From Octopus bimaculoides (Eukaryota), in assembly GCF_001194135.2 (NCBI RefSeq), contig NC_068985.1:95473620-95508885 (forward strand): a stretch of DNA of 35,266 nt, read 5' to 3'. Within the stretch, counting starts at the first letter, position 1. Each line of letters opens with the position of its first letter. The position numbers and the translations under genes were made by a program. Of this stretch, positions 11,372-22,869 are shown in pieces. The notes beneath the pieces are model-generated. The model was not told the origin of the DNA. It made no database searches and saw nothing but the letters and a program-made list of their open reading frames with translations.

Positions 11372-12269
11372 TCACCTCCTTTGCCACTTTCGTTCCGTCT
11401 TTCTTCGGTTTCACTTCCTCTGTATCTCTGGCGCACTCCTCCTTATCGCTTTTGCCATTTTCGTCTTTCGTTGCTTCAATTGCTACACCAATTTCCGTTT
11501 CTTTTTGGGCTTTCTTCACAGCCTTCTCACTCTGAGAAGGCTTGTGGCACTGCGTCCTCATATGGCCTCTCACTCCGCATTCGTAACAATTCGGTCGACG
11601 ACCCTCAACAATTACTTTGAGAGAACTTTCTCCCGCAATCTCTATTTGGTAGGGGATCTCCTCAATGTCTTCGAAAGTGGCAAAAAGCCACATCTCGACA
11701 CCGCATCCTCACATGCTCATTCTTTCCACTGGTTCCGATTCGGGACTTTCCGGTGGCACTCTTCCAATTCTAGTCCGACCACTGCGCCTTCCCCTATACG
11801 TGGGTAGCAGCGTCACTTTGTCAGATCGTAAAACAGTGGTGGAATGTGAGGCCGCCTCTTCTTTGGTGGCAAACCTCACCTCCACCGTTCCAAACTTCTT
11901 TCTCCGGCTTACGAAAGTTGCCTCTTTCATCAGGGGTCCCAAACATTCCTCCACATCGTCTTCTGATAGTATTTCAATTTTACTGGTGGCGACCTCTTAC
12001 GTGCGGTGCACCACCGTCCTATCGCTCTTATCGTTGACCGTTTCATCAGGAGGGACCAGTTTTATTGCGTCTCCCTCTCTTTGCACAAATTGTCCCCTTA
12101 TTACATCGTCCGTATTCATTTTTATCTGCTTTGCTTCCAACGGCGCAGCTGCTCCCTCTGCAGTGCCTTTTACATAATGAAAAGCGAACTTTTCATCCCC
12201 ACAATGGGGAGAAAAAGACCAAAAAAAAAAAAAACAATTACGCGCGAGTCGCTTCAACAATAATTTCAA
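11372..12269 (-). pseudogene. Relic ORF1 (gag-like, CCHC zinc knuckle) of an L1/Tx1-type non-LTR retrotransposon
   Basis: Track ORFs 11997-12269, 11709-11954 and 11319-11693 share one frame, separated by in-frame stops at 11997-11999 and 11709-11711. Motifs include RIGRVPPE, EIPYQIEIAGESSLKVIVEGRRPN and CYECGVRGHMRTQC (CX2CX4HX4C), followed by a K/E-rich tail. Confidence 0.8.
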
Positions 12270-12479
12270 CAGTGATATAAAAAAATTTTAAGAACGGACA
12301 ATCTCAAAGAGAAAGCCTTCAACAATCCAGCCGTGGTCAAAAATGCTGAGACTCAAACAAAAAGTTGTTACTGAGACGGCGACGTCCTCTCAACGATTAG
12401 CCGGAGATGAATTTTAAAATAAGAATATCTGAAATAAACTCGAATGCTCTCACAAACGAGAATACTAAAAATGAACCCG

Positions 12480-12707
12480 ACCGCTCTCAAAAATTAAGGT
12501 AAAAAACGGAAAAATAATCCAGAATCCTAGCCCGGTACTGGATCGATCCCAAAATCTAATCAGTTCGTGCTAGTTACGAGGCTGAACATCCCTGGAAGTT
12601 TAATCCGAATCCATCCAGCGGTTCTTGAGATAACTTGTCCACGGACAAACAAACAAACAAACAGGACCTGAAAACACTTCCTCCGCCTTCGCTAAGGCGG
12701 AGGTAAT
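12480..12707 (-). mobile_element. Helentron/DINE-1-like non-autonomous element (HINE), one terminus; inner boundary uncertain
   Basis: Perfect 10-bp stem cctccgcctt-cgct-aaggcggagg (12680-12703) next to taat, with an internal (CAAA)4 tract at 12646-12661. This terminal hairpin plus tetranucleotide layout is typical of the DINE-1/HINE group. Confidence 0.6.
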
Positions 12708-14550
12708 AGTTAAATTAAATTCTGAATTTAAATTTATATTTAGTTAGTTTATTAGCCTAGAATCGAACAAAAAATATAAAACAATAACCTGCAAAGTGTT
12801 AACGCTTCAATTGTAAAATAACGAAACTTGATGATTGGCGATTCAAATCTCGCTACAGCTACAGAGTTTCCCCTAGCAAACAGGACAGATTTATTTTCTA
12901 CGGATTACTGAAGGAGAAAATATTAAACATCTTACGATATATATTTGAGTGGTTGACGGCGAGAAAAGCATTTGATGTGAAAATAATTCTTATAACATAC
13001 AGCAAAGTAAAATCGATGTAAAACAATCTTCAAAAATGTTGGTTATATACAAATTTTATATATTTTCTTCTCTAGAGACTAACACTTACAATTCTGCGAT
13101 ACAGTCATGAATTATTCAAATACTCTACTAAATACCATTTAACTTGCAATTTCAATCTCAAAGTTTTTCCCAAAATAATTGAAACTTCGCTCACGTTTTA
13201 TTAAACAGGTATAAATATACATACCTACACATTTATATGAACTTCAACAACACTCCTTTGTGGAATTCTATATTCATTTTTGTATTCAGTTACACTCCAC
13301 TGTGTTTCATATGGCGTTCTTCATGCCAAATTGGAAACCGCTTCTATTAGTAACGATAACATTATCAAGACTTGTAAGGGCAGAACATATTTTTCCTTTC
13401 TGTAGTTAGTTTATAATTGGTCAGGTTTTAAAGTTTCGACAGTATTTTATATATAATGAATATAAAACTTCAACTTGAAGACAGTTAGTTAGTGATGGTT
13501 TGCGTTGGCAAAAAGAAAAAAAAACAATAACATTTATAACATGAAGTAATTCTGCACGCTGTGAAAAAGGATGAATTCTGCCGTTTTATATTAGACTTTC
13601 TTTTGAGAAGAGCTTAGCCTGAAGCATACAAATTCGCCGTTCCTCAAATGTATATTAATACACAGTCAATGCAGAAACCTCTTCGTGCTTGAGCTAGAAA
13701 AACTGAAGCCACGTATTTTGAGAAATAGACTGAGTTAGGACCGACTGGGGACTACTCTACAACAATAGGTGTTTTAGTCTTTCGAGGCTGCATATGCACT
13801 GCTTTTACGAATTAAATGGAGCTCCTTTGGAAACGCACCTCTCCAGGAAAATGAAATGCAATTAAAAAATATATATACAAAATAAATGACGTATGCAAAA
13901 AATTAGATTCATCCATTTTTAAGTATTTTATACTAATAAAATAAAACAAACGGAAAATGGGCACTCGCTAGTATAAAGAAACATGTCGGACGATACAAGG
14001 GGGTGGGTAATTTTCTTTTACCAATCAGGTATTAATGATACGAGGGGCCAAATACCCGCCTTACTTCAAATGTAATATTCTTACCTTACAATCAAGAGTC
14101 CAGAAGGATATTTTCAACTACTACACGCACTTTTATATTTTAAAAGCAGTTTTCGAGATCAAATCCCAGTACCATATCCTAACGAACATGTTAAAACATT
14201 TACGTACCAATATTATTGTTGATTAAATGTATAGCCTAAAAGGTGTGTATTATATTAACTAAGCAAAAAGATTCATTCTCGCTATAAGTGAGGAAAAGAA
14301 ATATTTTTTCAATTATAATAAAACTTCAGGAAAGAAAGATAATAAAGGTTTATGTTGTATAACGGAACCTCATGCTGTCTCTTTTTTGTAATAGTTTTTC
14401 TCTAAATTAGATGTCTGTCTTTCAGAAATACAGCTTTATTTTACTGATTTTAAAGACATGAGTAGTTTCAGATGTTCACATTTGTTTCTTTGGCTGTCTG
14501 GTGAGACACAAAACATTAAAATAATTCAGTATTGTATATTAAACAGAAAT

Positions 14551-14921
14551 TCGTGGCACTCCATCGGTTACGACGACGAGGGTACCAGGTGATCCGATCA
14601 ACGGAACATCCTGCTCGTGAAGTTAACGTGCAAGTGGCTGAGCACTCCACGGACACGTGTACCCTAAACATAGTTCTCGGGAAGATTCAGCGTGACACAG
14701 TGTGTGACAAGACTAGCTCTTTGAAATACAGGTACAACAGAAACACGAAGAAAGAGTGAAAGAGTACAACAGGGTTCGCCACCGGAGCCTCGTGGAGCTT
14801 TAGGTATTTTTGCTCAATAAACACTCAATGCCCGGTATGGATATCGAAACTGCGATCCCACTGCGATCCCATAACTGCGAGGCCACTGCGATTCCTAACC
14901 ACTGGGCCATTGCGCCTCCAC
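14551..14921 (-). mobile_element. SINE family B, full length, with a perfect 28-bp target-site duplication
   Basis: aattcagtattgtatattaaacagaaat occurs at 14523-14550 and 14922-14949. The tRNA-like head reads tggaggcgcaatggcccagtggttagg on the minus strand. Confidence 0.92.
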
Positions 14922-16344
14922 AATTCAGTATTGTATATTAAACAGAAATATGCAATACTTATCATCCGTCTAAACCCAGACCTATGAGTTTTTTGTTTTG
15001 TTTTGTTATTTATGTTTGTTATACTGCATTTTGGTTCCATTCATGAGACCAATCACTTAATTATTCTATTTCTGATAAAGAGACAGACAGACAGAGACTA
15101 GTGATTGTTTGAGCGACTTGTGAAGTTCTCAATCGAACCCATCTGGTTTACCAAAATATGTAATCATTTTCTTTATTTAAATCCAACATTTACTACAAGG
15201 TTTCCTGAAATATTTTGACGCATTCCAGTTTTGACGACACATCGACTAAGTGAATAAGGAAGTTGTCTGCTCATTGTTAGTGAGATAATCCGAAGATTGA
15301 AATGATTTCCATTTGTTAAAGACAAAATACCAACTATTTTCGCATTTGACTGCCGCACCCGATTCATGTTTTCAACAAAACACACTCTCACACGCACAAC
15401 ATACACACCCAGCCTCAACACCTGCCATAGTTGTCAATCTTTACATTCGTCAACCAATCGACTCACCCATTTCACATAAATAGCAACACTAAATGACTTC
15501 AACAACTTCTAACCAAAATAAAAATTAACGAAACCTTGAAATTAGTCATCTGTTAATCCATTAGAAGCAATCAGCGTTTTACAAATTATCGACACTAAAT
15601 TCTGTGTAAGCCAGATAAGCATTTCTACTGGCATGGAAATCTCACGAGAATTGGTGATACGCCTCGAGATCTTGCAGTCTCAACCACATTCCCTCATCGC
15701 GTCACTTCTACTGAGTTTCATCTCATAATCCCCACACTAATGACTTTGGCCAATCCTTTCTCACTGGAACCTCCCTCATTCATCACCTTTTTCTTGTAGT
15801 CATTTACAGACATACGTTCGAGGTAGACATTATCTATTATGCTCTCAGATACATTCGTTCGTCTTCCTGTCAATTATTTTAATGTTATTTGAATTAATAC
15901 GAAAAATATTTTTATCGTGATATTTTATGGGTTTTTTTTAGCTCTATTCTCATTTTGCAATTTTTGTCTATCATTTATGAACTTTGAATACATTTTACCT
16001 CTTTTCAAACAAACGATGATGCTGTGCCAAGTACAAAAGAACGAACGAATTTACCTGGCAACCCAATATATTCATCCGACCAGTCTCAAAGAGCCTACCA
16101 AGCTTATGCATGTTGCTTCTTCTGATTGAGAGATAGAAATATAATAATGGATGAAAGAAATTCCTAAAAGTCATTGGCTAAAATTGTTCGTGCGTAAAAG
16201 AGGGCAAAGATGGAATGAAGATTATTTGTGAGGCCAAATTGTAAAGCATTTCATATCAGGTTTATGACACAAAACCAAGTATAGAGTGCGACAGAAAAAA
16301 GTCCCTCCATCCTTGTTATTTTGAGGCATATTAGCAAGCAATGT

Positions 16345-17006
16345 GGGTATCAAATTTTGGCACAAGGCCAGCAATTTGGGGAAAGTAGAGTACGTCAATT
16401 AAATCGACTTCAGTATTCGTCTGGTACTTATTTTATTTTATCAACCCTGAAAGGGATGAAAGGTAAAGTCGCCCTCGGAGGAATTTGAACTCGGAACGTA
16501 AAGACGGACGAAACGCTACTAAGCACTTTAACCGGCTTGCTAACGATTCTACCGGTTTGCTGCCTTAATAATAATCCTTTCTACTATAGGCACAAGGCCT
16601 GAAATTTTGGAGGAGGGGACTAGTTGAATACATCGACCCCAGTGTTCTATTGCTACTTATTTTATGAACCACGAAAGGATGAAAGGCAAAGTCAACCTAA
16701 GCGGAATTTGAACTCAGAACGTAAAGACACGAAATACTGCTAAGCATTTCGCCCGGCGTGCTAACGTTTCTTATTTCTTTATTGCCCACAAGAGGATACG
16801 CACAGAGGGTACAAACAAGGACAAACAAAGGGATTAAGTCGATCACATCGACTCCAGTGCGTAAATGGGACTTCATTAATTAACCCCGAAAGGATGAAAG
16901 GCAAAGTTGACCTCGGCGGAATTTGAACTCAGAATGTAACAGTAGACGAAATATCGCTAAGCATTATCGCCCGGCGTGCTAACGATTCTGCCAGCTCGCT
17001 GCCTTA
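16345..17006 (-). mobile_element. Head-to-tail stack of three SINE family A units (monomer 16345-16567, linker-type dimer 16568-17006)
   Basis: gaaagggatgaaagg/gaaaggatgaaaggcaaagt..ggaatttgaactc occurs three times, about 200 bp apart. Confidence 0.92.
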
Positions 17007-17953
17007 TATTAGCAGGTAATGTTAGGCAGGTGGTAAGGGTGTCTTCATGTAGCTAATGTTTCATGTTTTTTTTTTTCTTTTTCTTTTTCAATTGCCATCA
17101 TGGTTTGAGCTGGTGCACACCACCCGTTTGCTTTAGAAACGCCTGTCAAACTGTAAAATGTGGGAAGATTTTTGTACTGCGCCTTGTAGTATGAATTTCA
17201 GATATTCCGTATTTGCTCATGTAGCCTAGGCACACCAGAATGGAAAACACCAACGTCAAAGCGATGACGATAATGACAACAACGAAAGCAATGATGAAGA
17301 TGACAACGAAGACGACGATGTTAGGAGGAAGAGGAGGAGGAGGGGAAGGAGAAGTAGGAGGCAATGCTGGCACTGATATTTAATATCATCTGAACATATT
17401 GGAAATATGATAATTAAAATCAGAATAGAAATCATCACGCTGTGCACAAATCATTGATATATTTGAAACAAATAAGAAAAACATAATATTAGTCAAGAAA
17501 ACAACACATATAAGACATTATAAAATAAGTCAGACTTTATAAGTAACTTACTTCGTCATTAAAAAATCTGAAAATTCTGAAAATTCTTTATCAATGCATC
17601 ACACCTCCTCAATCTAACTGGCATCTACGTTGCATGTAGGCTTGACTATGTGTTTTTGAGAAGTTCACTTCGCGACTCTGTAGTTTTGGGTTCTACCCTA
17701 CTTCGCGGCAGCTTTGGTAACTTTGAGAAATGTCTTGTAAATTAGGTTCTTATTTCTAGGGCCAATCAAAGCCTATGAGTTGGCAGAAACCGTGAGGAAG
17801 CTTGCTAGAGAGGCGGCTTTGTCATTGGGTAGTAGACTTAATCTGTCACCAAATCTAATACAACTACCTGGCTATTAAGGCCCTTTAGAAAAAGTGAATC
17901 TGTTGCTAAAGTTCGGGTCAAGTCTTTAATCAAAAGTTTACTTCCTTCTCTCC

Positions 17954-18056
17954 GTGGAGGCGCAATGGCCCAGTGGTTAGGGCAGCGGACTCGCGGTCAT
18001 AGGATCGGGGTTTCGATTCCCAGACCGGGCATTGTGAGTGTTTATTGAGCGAAAAC
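17954..18056 (+). mobile_element. SINE family B tRNA-derived head with Pol III A and B boxes, 3'-truncated
   Basis: A box tggcccagtgg at 17966-17976 and B-box-like ggtttcgattcc at 18009-18020, followed by the SINE body gtgagtgtttattgagcgaaaac. Confidence 0.85.
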
Positions 18057-18358
18057 GGTACTTATTCTATCGGTCACTTTTTGCCCAACCGCTAAATTAT
18101 GGTGACGTAAACACACCGACATCGGTTGTCTAGCTATGGTGGGGGAGAAACAAAGGCAAACGTACACATATATATATATGTACACACACACACACACACA
18201 CTGGGCTTCTTTCAGTTTCCACCTTCCAAATCCACTCAAGGATTTGATCGGCCTGAGGATATTGTAGAAGACACTTCCCAAGGCACCACGCAGTGGGACC
18301 GAAATCGGAGCTTTGTGGTTGGGTGGCAAACTTTTAACCATACACCCACGTCTGCACC
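18057..18358 (-). mobile_element. SINE family C lacking its 3' end
   Basis: Collinear with 21095-21390, including the internal TA/CA microsatellite. Confidence 0.85.
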
Positions 18359-19172
18359 CATCTGTCTGTCTATATATATATAGATAGATAGATAGATAGA
18401 AAAAAGAAAGAATAAAGCATCATGTCACATTTTGAGGTGTTTATTGCAATCGGTTCCGTCGTGGAATAGACGTGCAATACCTGTCCATGACAAAACCGGG
18501 TCACGTCTTAACAGTACCTTGACCCACACCAGTCGTATAATTCAGTGCAATAAAACTTACTTCTCCAAATAAACCCCGGTGACCGGACACATCGGTAAAT
18601 TTATTGAAATATACTTTACTTTCAAAACAAAATATTATTTGAACATCGTTCAACATTATTTAAAGAATTTATTCGTAATATTTCCTTGTAATTAATCTGG
18701 AATATTGTTGGGTGTCAGTTTACGTAAATCATACGTTGTTATATATAAACAATAAACGTCATTAAACAATTTTTGATTTTGTTTCTTTCTTTGCGTTATG
18801 TAATTTGATATTAAAGTCTAATTAAATTCGGAAAATAGCTCATAAATCTGATGTATATGTATGTGTCTCTCGTTTTGACGATAATACATAGTAAATTTGT
18901 AAAGCAAAAGAAAAGAGACGTGTTGTAAAGATACAATGAACTGCCAATATGTTTCATTTATTTCTGTACTTTCACTGTTTCTATGAAAATAAACATGTGT
19001 GTGAGTTTATATGTATATATCTGTGTGTATGTATATATATGTTTGTGTGTATGTATATATCTGTGTATATGTATATATGTGTGTGTGTATGTATGTATAT
19101 GTATGTGTGTATGTATATATGTGTGTGCGTGGGGTATGCATCTATATATATATGTGTGTGTGTATGTGTATC

Positions 19173-19203
<31 letters not shown>

Positions 19204-20402
19204 ACATTAATTTTGTCAGCAAAAAATAGATACATACATCTGTCTGTCAGACAGACAGACATAGAGAGAACACCAGTCATTCACCCACACATGCAAAACG
19301 TCTGACATCCAGAAACTGCGGGCAAACACAAACACACACATATGCACTTACATGCACATATATATTATAATAATTATATATATATATATATATATATAAG
19401 AGAGAGAGTATTGTAGTTCGCTTGAAGCATTGTGTATTGTTTGTAAAGTATAAAAAGTTTTGAATGGTACAACAATGCACTATAATACTAAAAACGGACT
19501 ATATACCTGTTGTAATTTAGTTATCTATAGTCCGATGATATTTGGGAATAAAATTCCTTCTACAGATATTTTTAGATGGAGTCGCTGCTATACTCGGTTT
19601 TCCAATGGCTTTTCTTTTGTTTCGGAAAAAAAAAGGAGGGAGTAGAATTTCGATTAAAAGGGATCGTGAAAAAAAAGGGGGTGGGGAATCCGATCAGTAG
19701 GGATCGTGTATCACAGAAATGTCATAATGTAAAAGGGGAAACTGATTAGGATCATCCGTGGAAAGAAAAGCCTCGGAAAAGACCACGGTAACCTCGGGCA
19801 ATAATGTCATGCAAAAAACAGATAGACAGATAGATAGATAGATAGATATTATAATCTTACTGGATACTATAATATGAACACCTTTGATCTCCTGTACACA
19901 ATGAAAGGGACTGTATATATTTGGCAAAACTGAGCAGGTTGCTAAATAAGAAATTGTGGGTCCCTCATCTGTCGTTTAAACCAGGAGAGAGTGTACAACT
20001 GGCAAATATATACCAGTTTAAAGAACCTTCAAACACAATGTTCTGGAATACAAGTGCAATAAATTGAGAAAGAAATATTGCTTTTTCTCACTTAGATAAA
20101 GTTTCCTAAACAAAATTTTCTACTAAATAGAAACAATGAAGCATGATTAATTTTGTTGATTTGTATAAACCAAATTCCCATAAATCTAATTGCAATCTTT
20201 ATACATGTTATATATTGCTGGGCTTTCATTACTATCAGTTGTAATTTTCTGTATAGTACAGAGGAGAAAATGTATGAGCATATGTGTTGTGTGTATGTGT
20301 GTGCGAGTTTGGGTGAGTGTGTGTAAATGTTAAGTTAAAGTTATTTTCAAAGAAGCGTAAGAATAACAAAGGAATATTCACATAGAGATTTGCACGCAAT
20401 AT

Positions 20403-20691
20403 TGGTTTCAAATTTTGGCACAAGGCCAGCAATTTTGTAGACGGGTGTAAGTCAAAGACATTGGCCCCCAGTGCTAGACCTCCAACGAAAGGATGAAAAG
20501 ACAATGTCGACCTCGGCAGAATACGGGTATAATCAATACTGAGAACGGAATCTTAAGGTGGCGAGCTGGCAGAATCGTTAGCACGCCGGGCGAAAACGCT
20601 TCGCGGCATTTCGTCCGTTTTCACTTTCTGAGTTCAAATCCACCGAGGTCGATTTTTACCTTTCAACTTTTCGGAGTACGTAAAATACGTA

Positions 20692-20692
<1 letters not shown>
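20403..20692. mobile_element. Two SINE family A fragments in opposite orientation (minus 20403-20520, plus 20555-20692)
   Basis: ttcaaattttggcacaaggccagc on one side and aaggtggcgagctggcagaatcgttagcacgccgggcg on the other. Confidence 0.8.
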
Positions 20693-20723
<31 letters not shown>

Positions 20724-20727
<4 letters not shown>

Positions 20728-20965
20728 GCGCCCTTTTAAAGCATAGCCAGGCTTATGGGCCCGGTTTCAATGGCGTATGTCTTCCCCAGCTAGACGAGAC
20801 GCCAGTCCATCGCAGCGTTACTCAATTTTGCCTGCTGAATGAACTGGAGCAACATGAAATAAAGTGCTTTGCTCAAGAACACAACGCGTCGACCGGCCCA
20901 GGAATCGAAACCACAATTCCTTACGATCATGATGCTGACACCCTAACCACTAAGCCACGCTCCTC

Positions 20966-20968
<3 letters not shown>
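20724..20968 (-). mobile_element. SINE family E (tRNA head, middle module shared with 34935-35245, distinct tail)
   Basis: Minus strand reads gtggaggagcgtggcttagtggttaggg (A box), ggtttcgattcc (B box), cttgagcaaagcactttatttcatgttgctccag..gagta, then cgctgcgatggactggcgt. Confidence 0.85.
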
Positions 20969-21007
<39 letters not shown>

Positions 21008-21010
<3 letters not shown>

Positions 21011-21388
21011 CTCTTACTTGTTTCAGTCATTTGACTGCGGCCATGCTGGAGCACCACCTTTAGTCGAACAAATCGGCACCGAGACTTATTCTTTGTAAGC
21101 CTAGTACTTATTCTATCGGTCTCTTTTGCCGAACCGCTAGTTGACGGGGACATAAACACACCAACATCTATTGTCAAGCAATGCTAGGGAGACAAACACA
21201 GACACACAAACATATATACATATATACGACGGGCTTCTTTCAGTTTCCGTCTACCAAATCCACTCACAAGGCTTTGGTCGGTCCGAGGCTATAATAGAAG
21301 ATTATAGCCCAAGATGCCACGCAGTGGGACTGAACTAGGAACGATGTGGTTGGTAAGCAAGCTACTTACAACACAGCCACTCCTGCTC

Positions 21389-21390
<2 letters not shown>
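21008..21390 (-). mobile_element. SINE family C, full length
   Basis: Collinear end to end with 24012-24414. Confidence 0.92.
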
Positions 21391-21426
<36 letters not shown>

Positions 21427-21436
21427 NNNNNNNNNN

Positions 21437-21471
<35 letters not shown>

Positions 21472-21671
21472 ATTGTATTATATATATGTATGCACGCACA
21501 TACATATACACACACACACACGCACGCACAAACACACACACACACACACACACACATACATTTATATTAAAGCAAACAAAAATTAAGGAATAAAAAATTT
21601 GATGTGAGGATTGATACGAAAACGTCAAGTAATATTTATAAAGTTAAAAAGCACTTATCAATATAAGCGGT

Positions 21672-21720
<49 letters not shown>

Positions 21721-22163
21721 AATTGCATATACGCATACAAATACATCTGTGTACATGTATATGCATGTGTGTATATGTAAGTATACGTGTACATATATGT
21801 ATGTTTATATGCATGTATATGTAAATGTGCATATGAATGCTCGCATATGTATGTATACATATAGGTATATGTGTATTTAAATGCTTACATCTGTGTGTGT
21901 GTGTGTGTAAATAAGATGTAATTAGTGCTACCGCGTTTGGAAGTGTTACTGATAGCTGCTATAATTTCTTTGTGACATTTGCACATCCAAGCAAAGCATC
22001 AATTTTTTTTTTCTGTTTCCCAGTTTTTCTCACATTTTTAAATCTCTCCTACAAACCTAATTTCTTATACTTAAACACCAGGTAAAAAATTTTCCGACTG
22101 GTTGTATTTTTGTTTATAGCGAACAGAAATTGAGAACATATGTAAAAATAAATTTGAGTTAAA

Positions 22164-22331
22164 TTAACACTTTAGCGCTGATACTGGCCAAATCTAGCCC
22201 AAATTGTTTAATTGTCAAACCGGCCTGCTCTGGCCCCCGACACCAACCCTAAAATGTGATTATAAAAATAAACAATTGGATCAGAAGAATCTCAAGGCTA
22301 CGAGGTAATTCTTAATTCAAAACAATGGGAA
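22164..22331. mobile_element. Fragment of a putative TTAA-flanked (piggyBac-like) MITE interrupted by the mariner MITE
   Basis: TTAA at 22164-22167 followed by cactttagc. It resembles an octopus ttaaccctttagc..gctaaagggttaa repeat from memory. The other end is not visible because of the gap. Confidence 0.4.
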
Positions 22332-22553
22332 TACGACGGTCTGAGGTTGAAAAGTTGAGGTTTTGGGTAAAAGAAAAAACAAGAGAATAAGCTAATTATG
22401 AATTTATTCAACATATTCACCTCTCAGATTCACACACTTAATGCAGTGTTCCTTCAGTTTTTCTAAGCCCTCTAAAAGAACTCAGACGTTTGAGCCTCCA
22501 ACCAGGCCTTTCACGAAACTCTGAAAGCCAGGAACTTTTCATCACCCCTCGTA
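22332..22553 (-). mobile_element. Mariner-derived MITE, about 220 bp, flanked by TA
   Basis: TA at 22332-22333 and 22552-22553, with TIR aaagccaggaacttttcatcacccctcg. Collinear with the reverse complement of 33707-33927. Confidence 0.85.
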
Positions 22554-22869
22554 TNNNNNNNNNNNNNNNNNNNNNNNNNNNNNNNNNNNNNNNNNNNNNN
22601 NNNNNNNNNNNNNNNNNNNNNNNNNNNNNNNNNNNNNNNNNNNNNNNNNNNNNNNNNNNNNNNNNNNNNNNNNNNNNNNNNNNNNNNNNNNNNNNNNNNN
22701 NNNNNNNNNNNNNNNNNNNNNNNNNNNNNNNNNNNNNNNNNNNNNNNNNNNNNNNNNNNNNNNNNNNNNNNNNNNNNNNNNNNNNNNNNNNNNNNNNNNN
22801 NNNNNNNNNNNNNNNNNNNNNNNNNNNNNNNNNNNNNNNNNNNNNNNNNNNNNNNNNNNNNNNNNNNNN

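Noticed and set aside
11381-12280. Plus-strand ORFs, including the 170-aa ORF at 11665-12177
   Set aside because: They are antisense shadows of the minus-strand ORF1 relic.
12833-12853. CCAAT plus TTTGAA (CHR-like) motif pair on the minus strand
   Set aside because: Short motifs expected by chance in AT-rich DNA, with no linked gene.
16345-17006. Regularly spaced repeats resembling a CRISPR array
   Set aside because: The units are about 200-bp SINE copies with homologous intervening sequence, in eukaryotic DNA with no cas genes.
17146-17447. Pro-rich and hydrophobic ORFs
   Set aside because: They derive from degenerate GAT/GAC/GAG trinucleotide repeats.
17956-18030. Possible tRNA gene
   Set aside because: It has A and B boxes, but no convincing acceptor or anticodon stems, and it continues into SINE body sequence found in other copies.
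18555-18600. Minus-strand donor-like GGAGAA/gtaagt
   Set aside because: No convincing acceptor or reading frame accompanies it.
18949-19305. YI/CV/HT-rich ORFs here and at 3095-3633, 5303-5956, 11063-11436 and 21314-21860
   Set aside because: These are translations of microsatellites.
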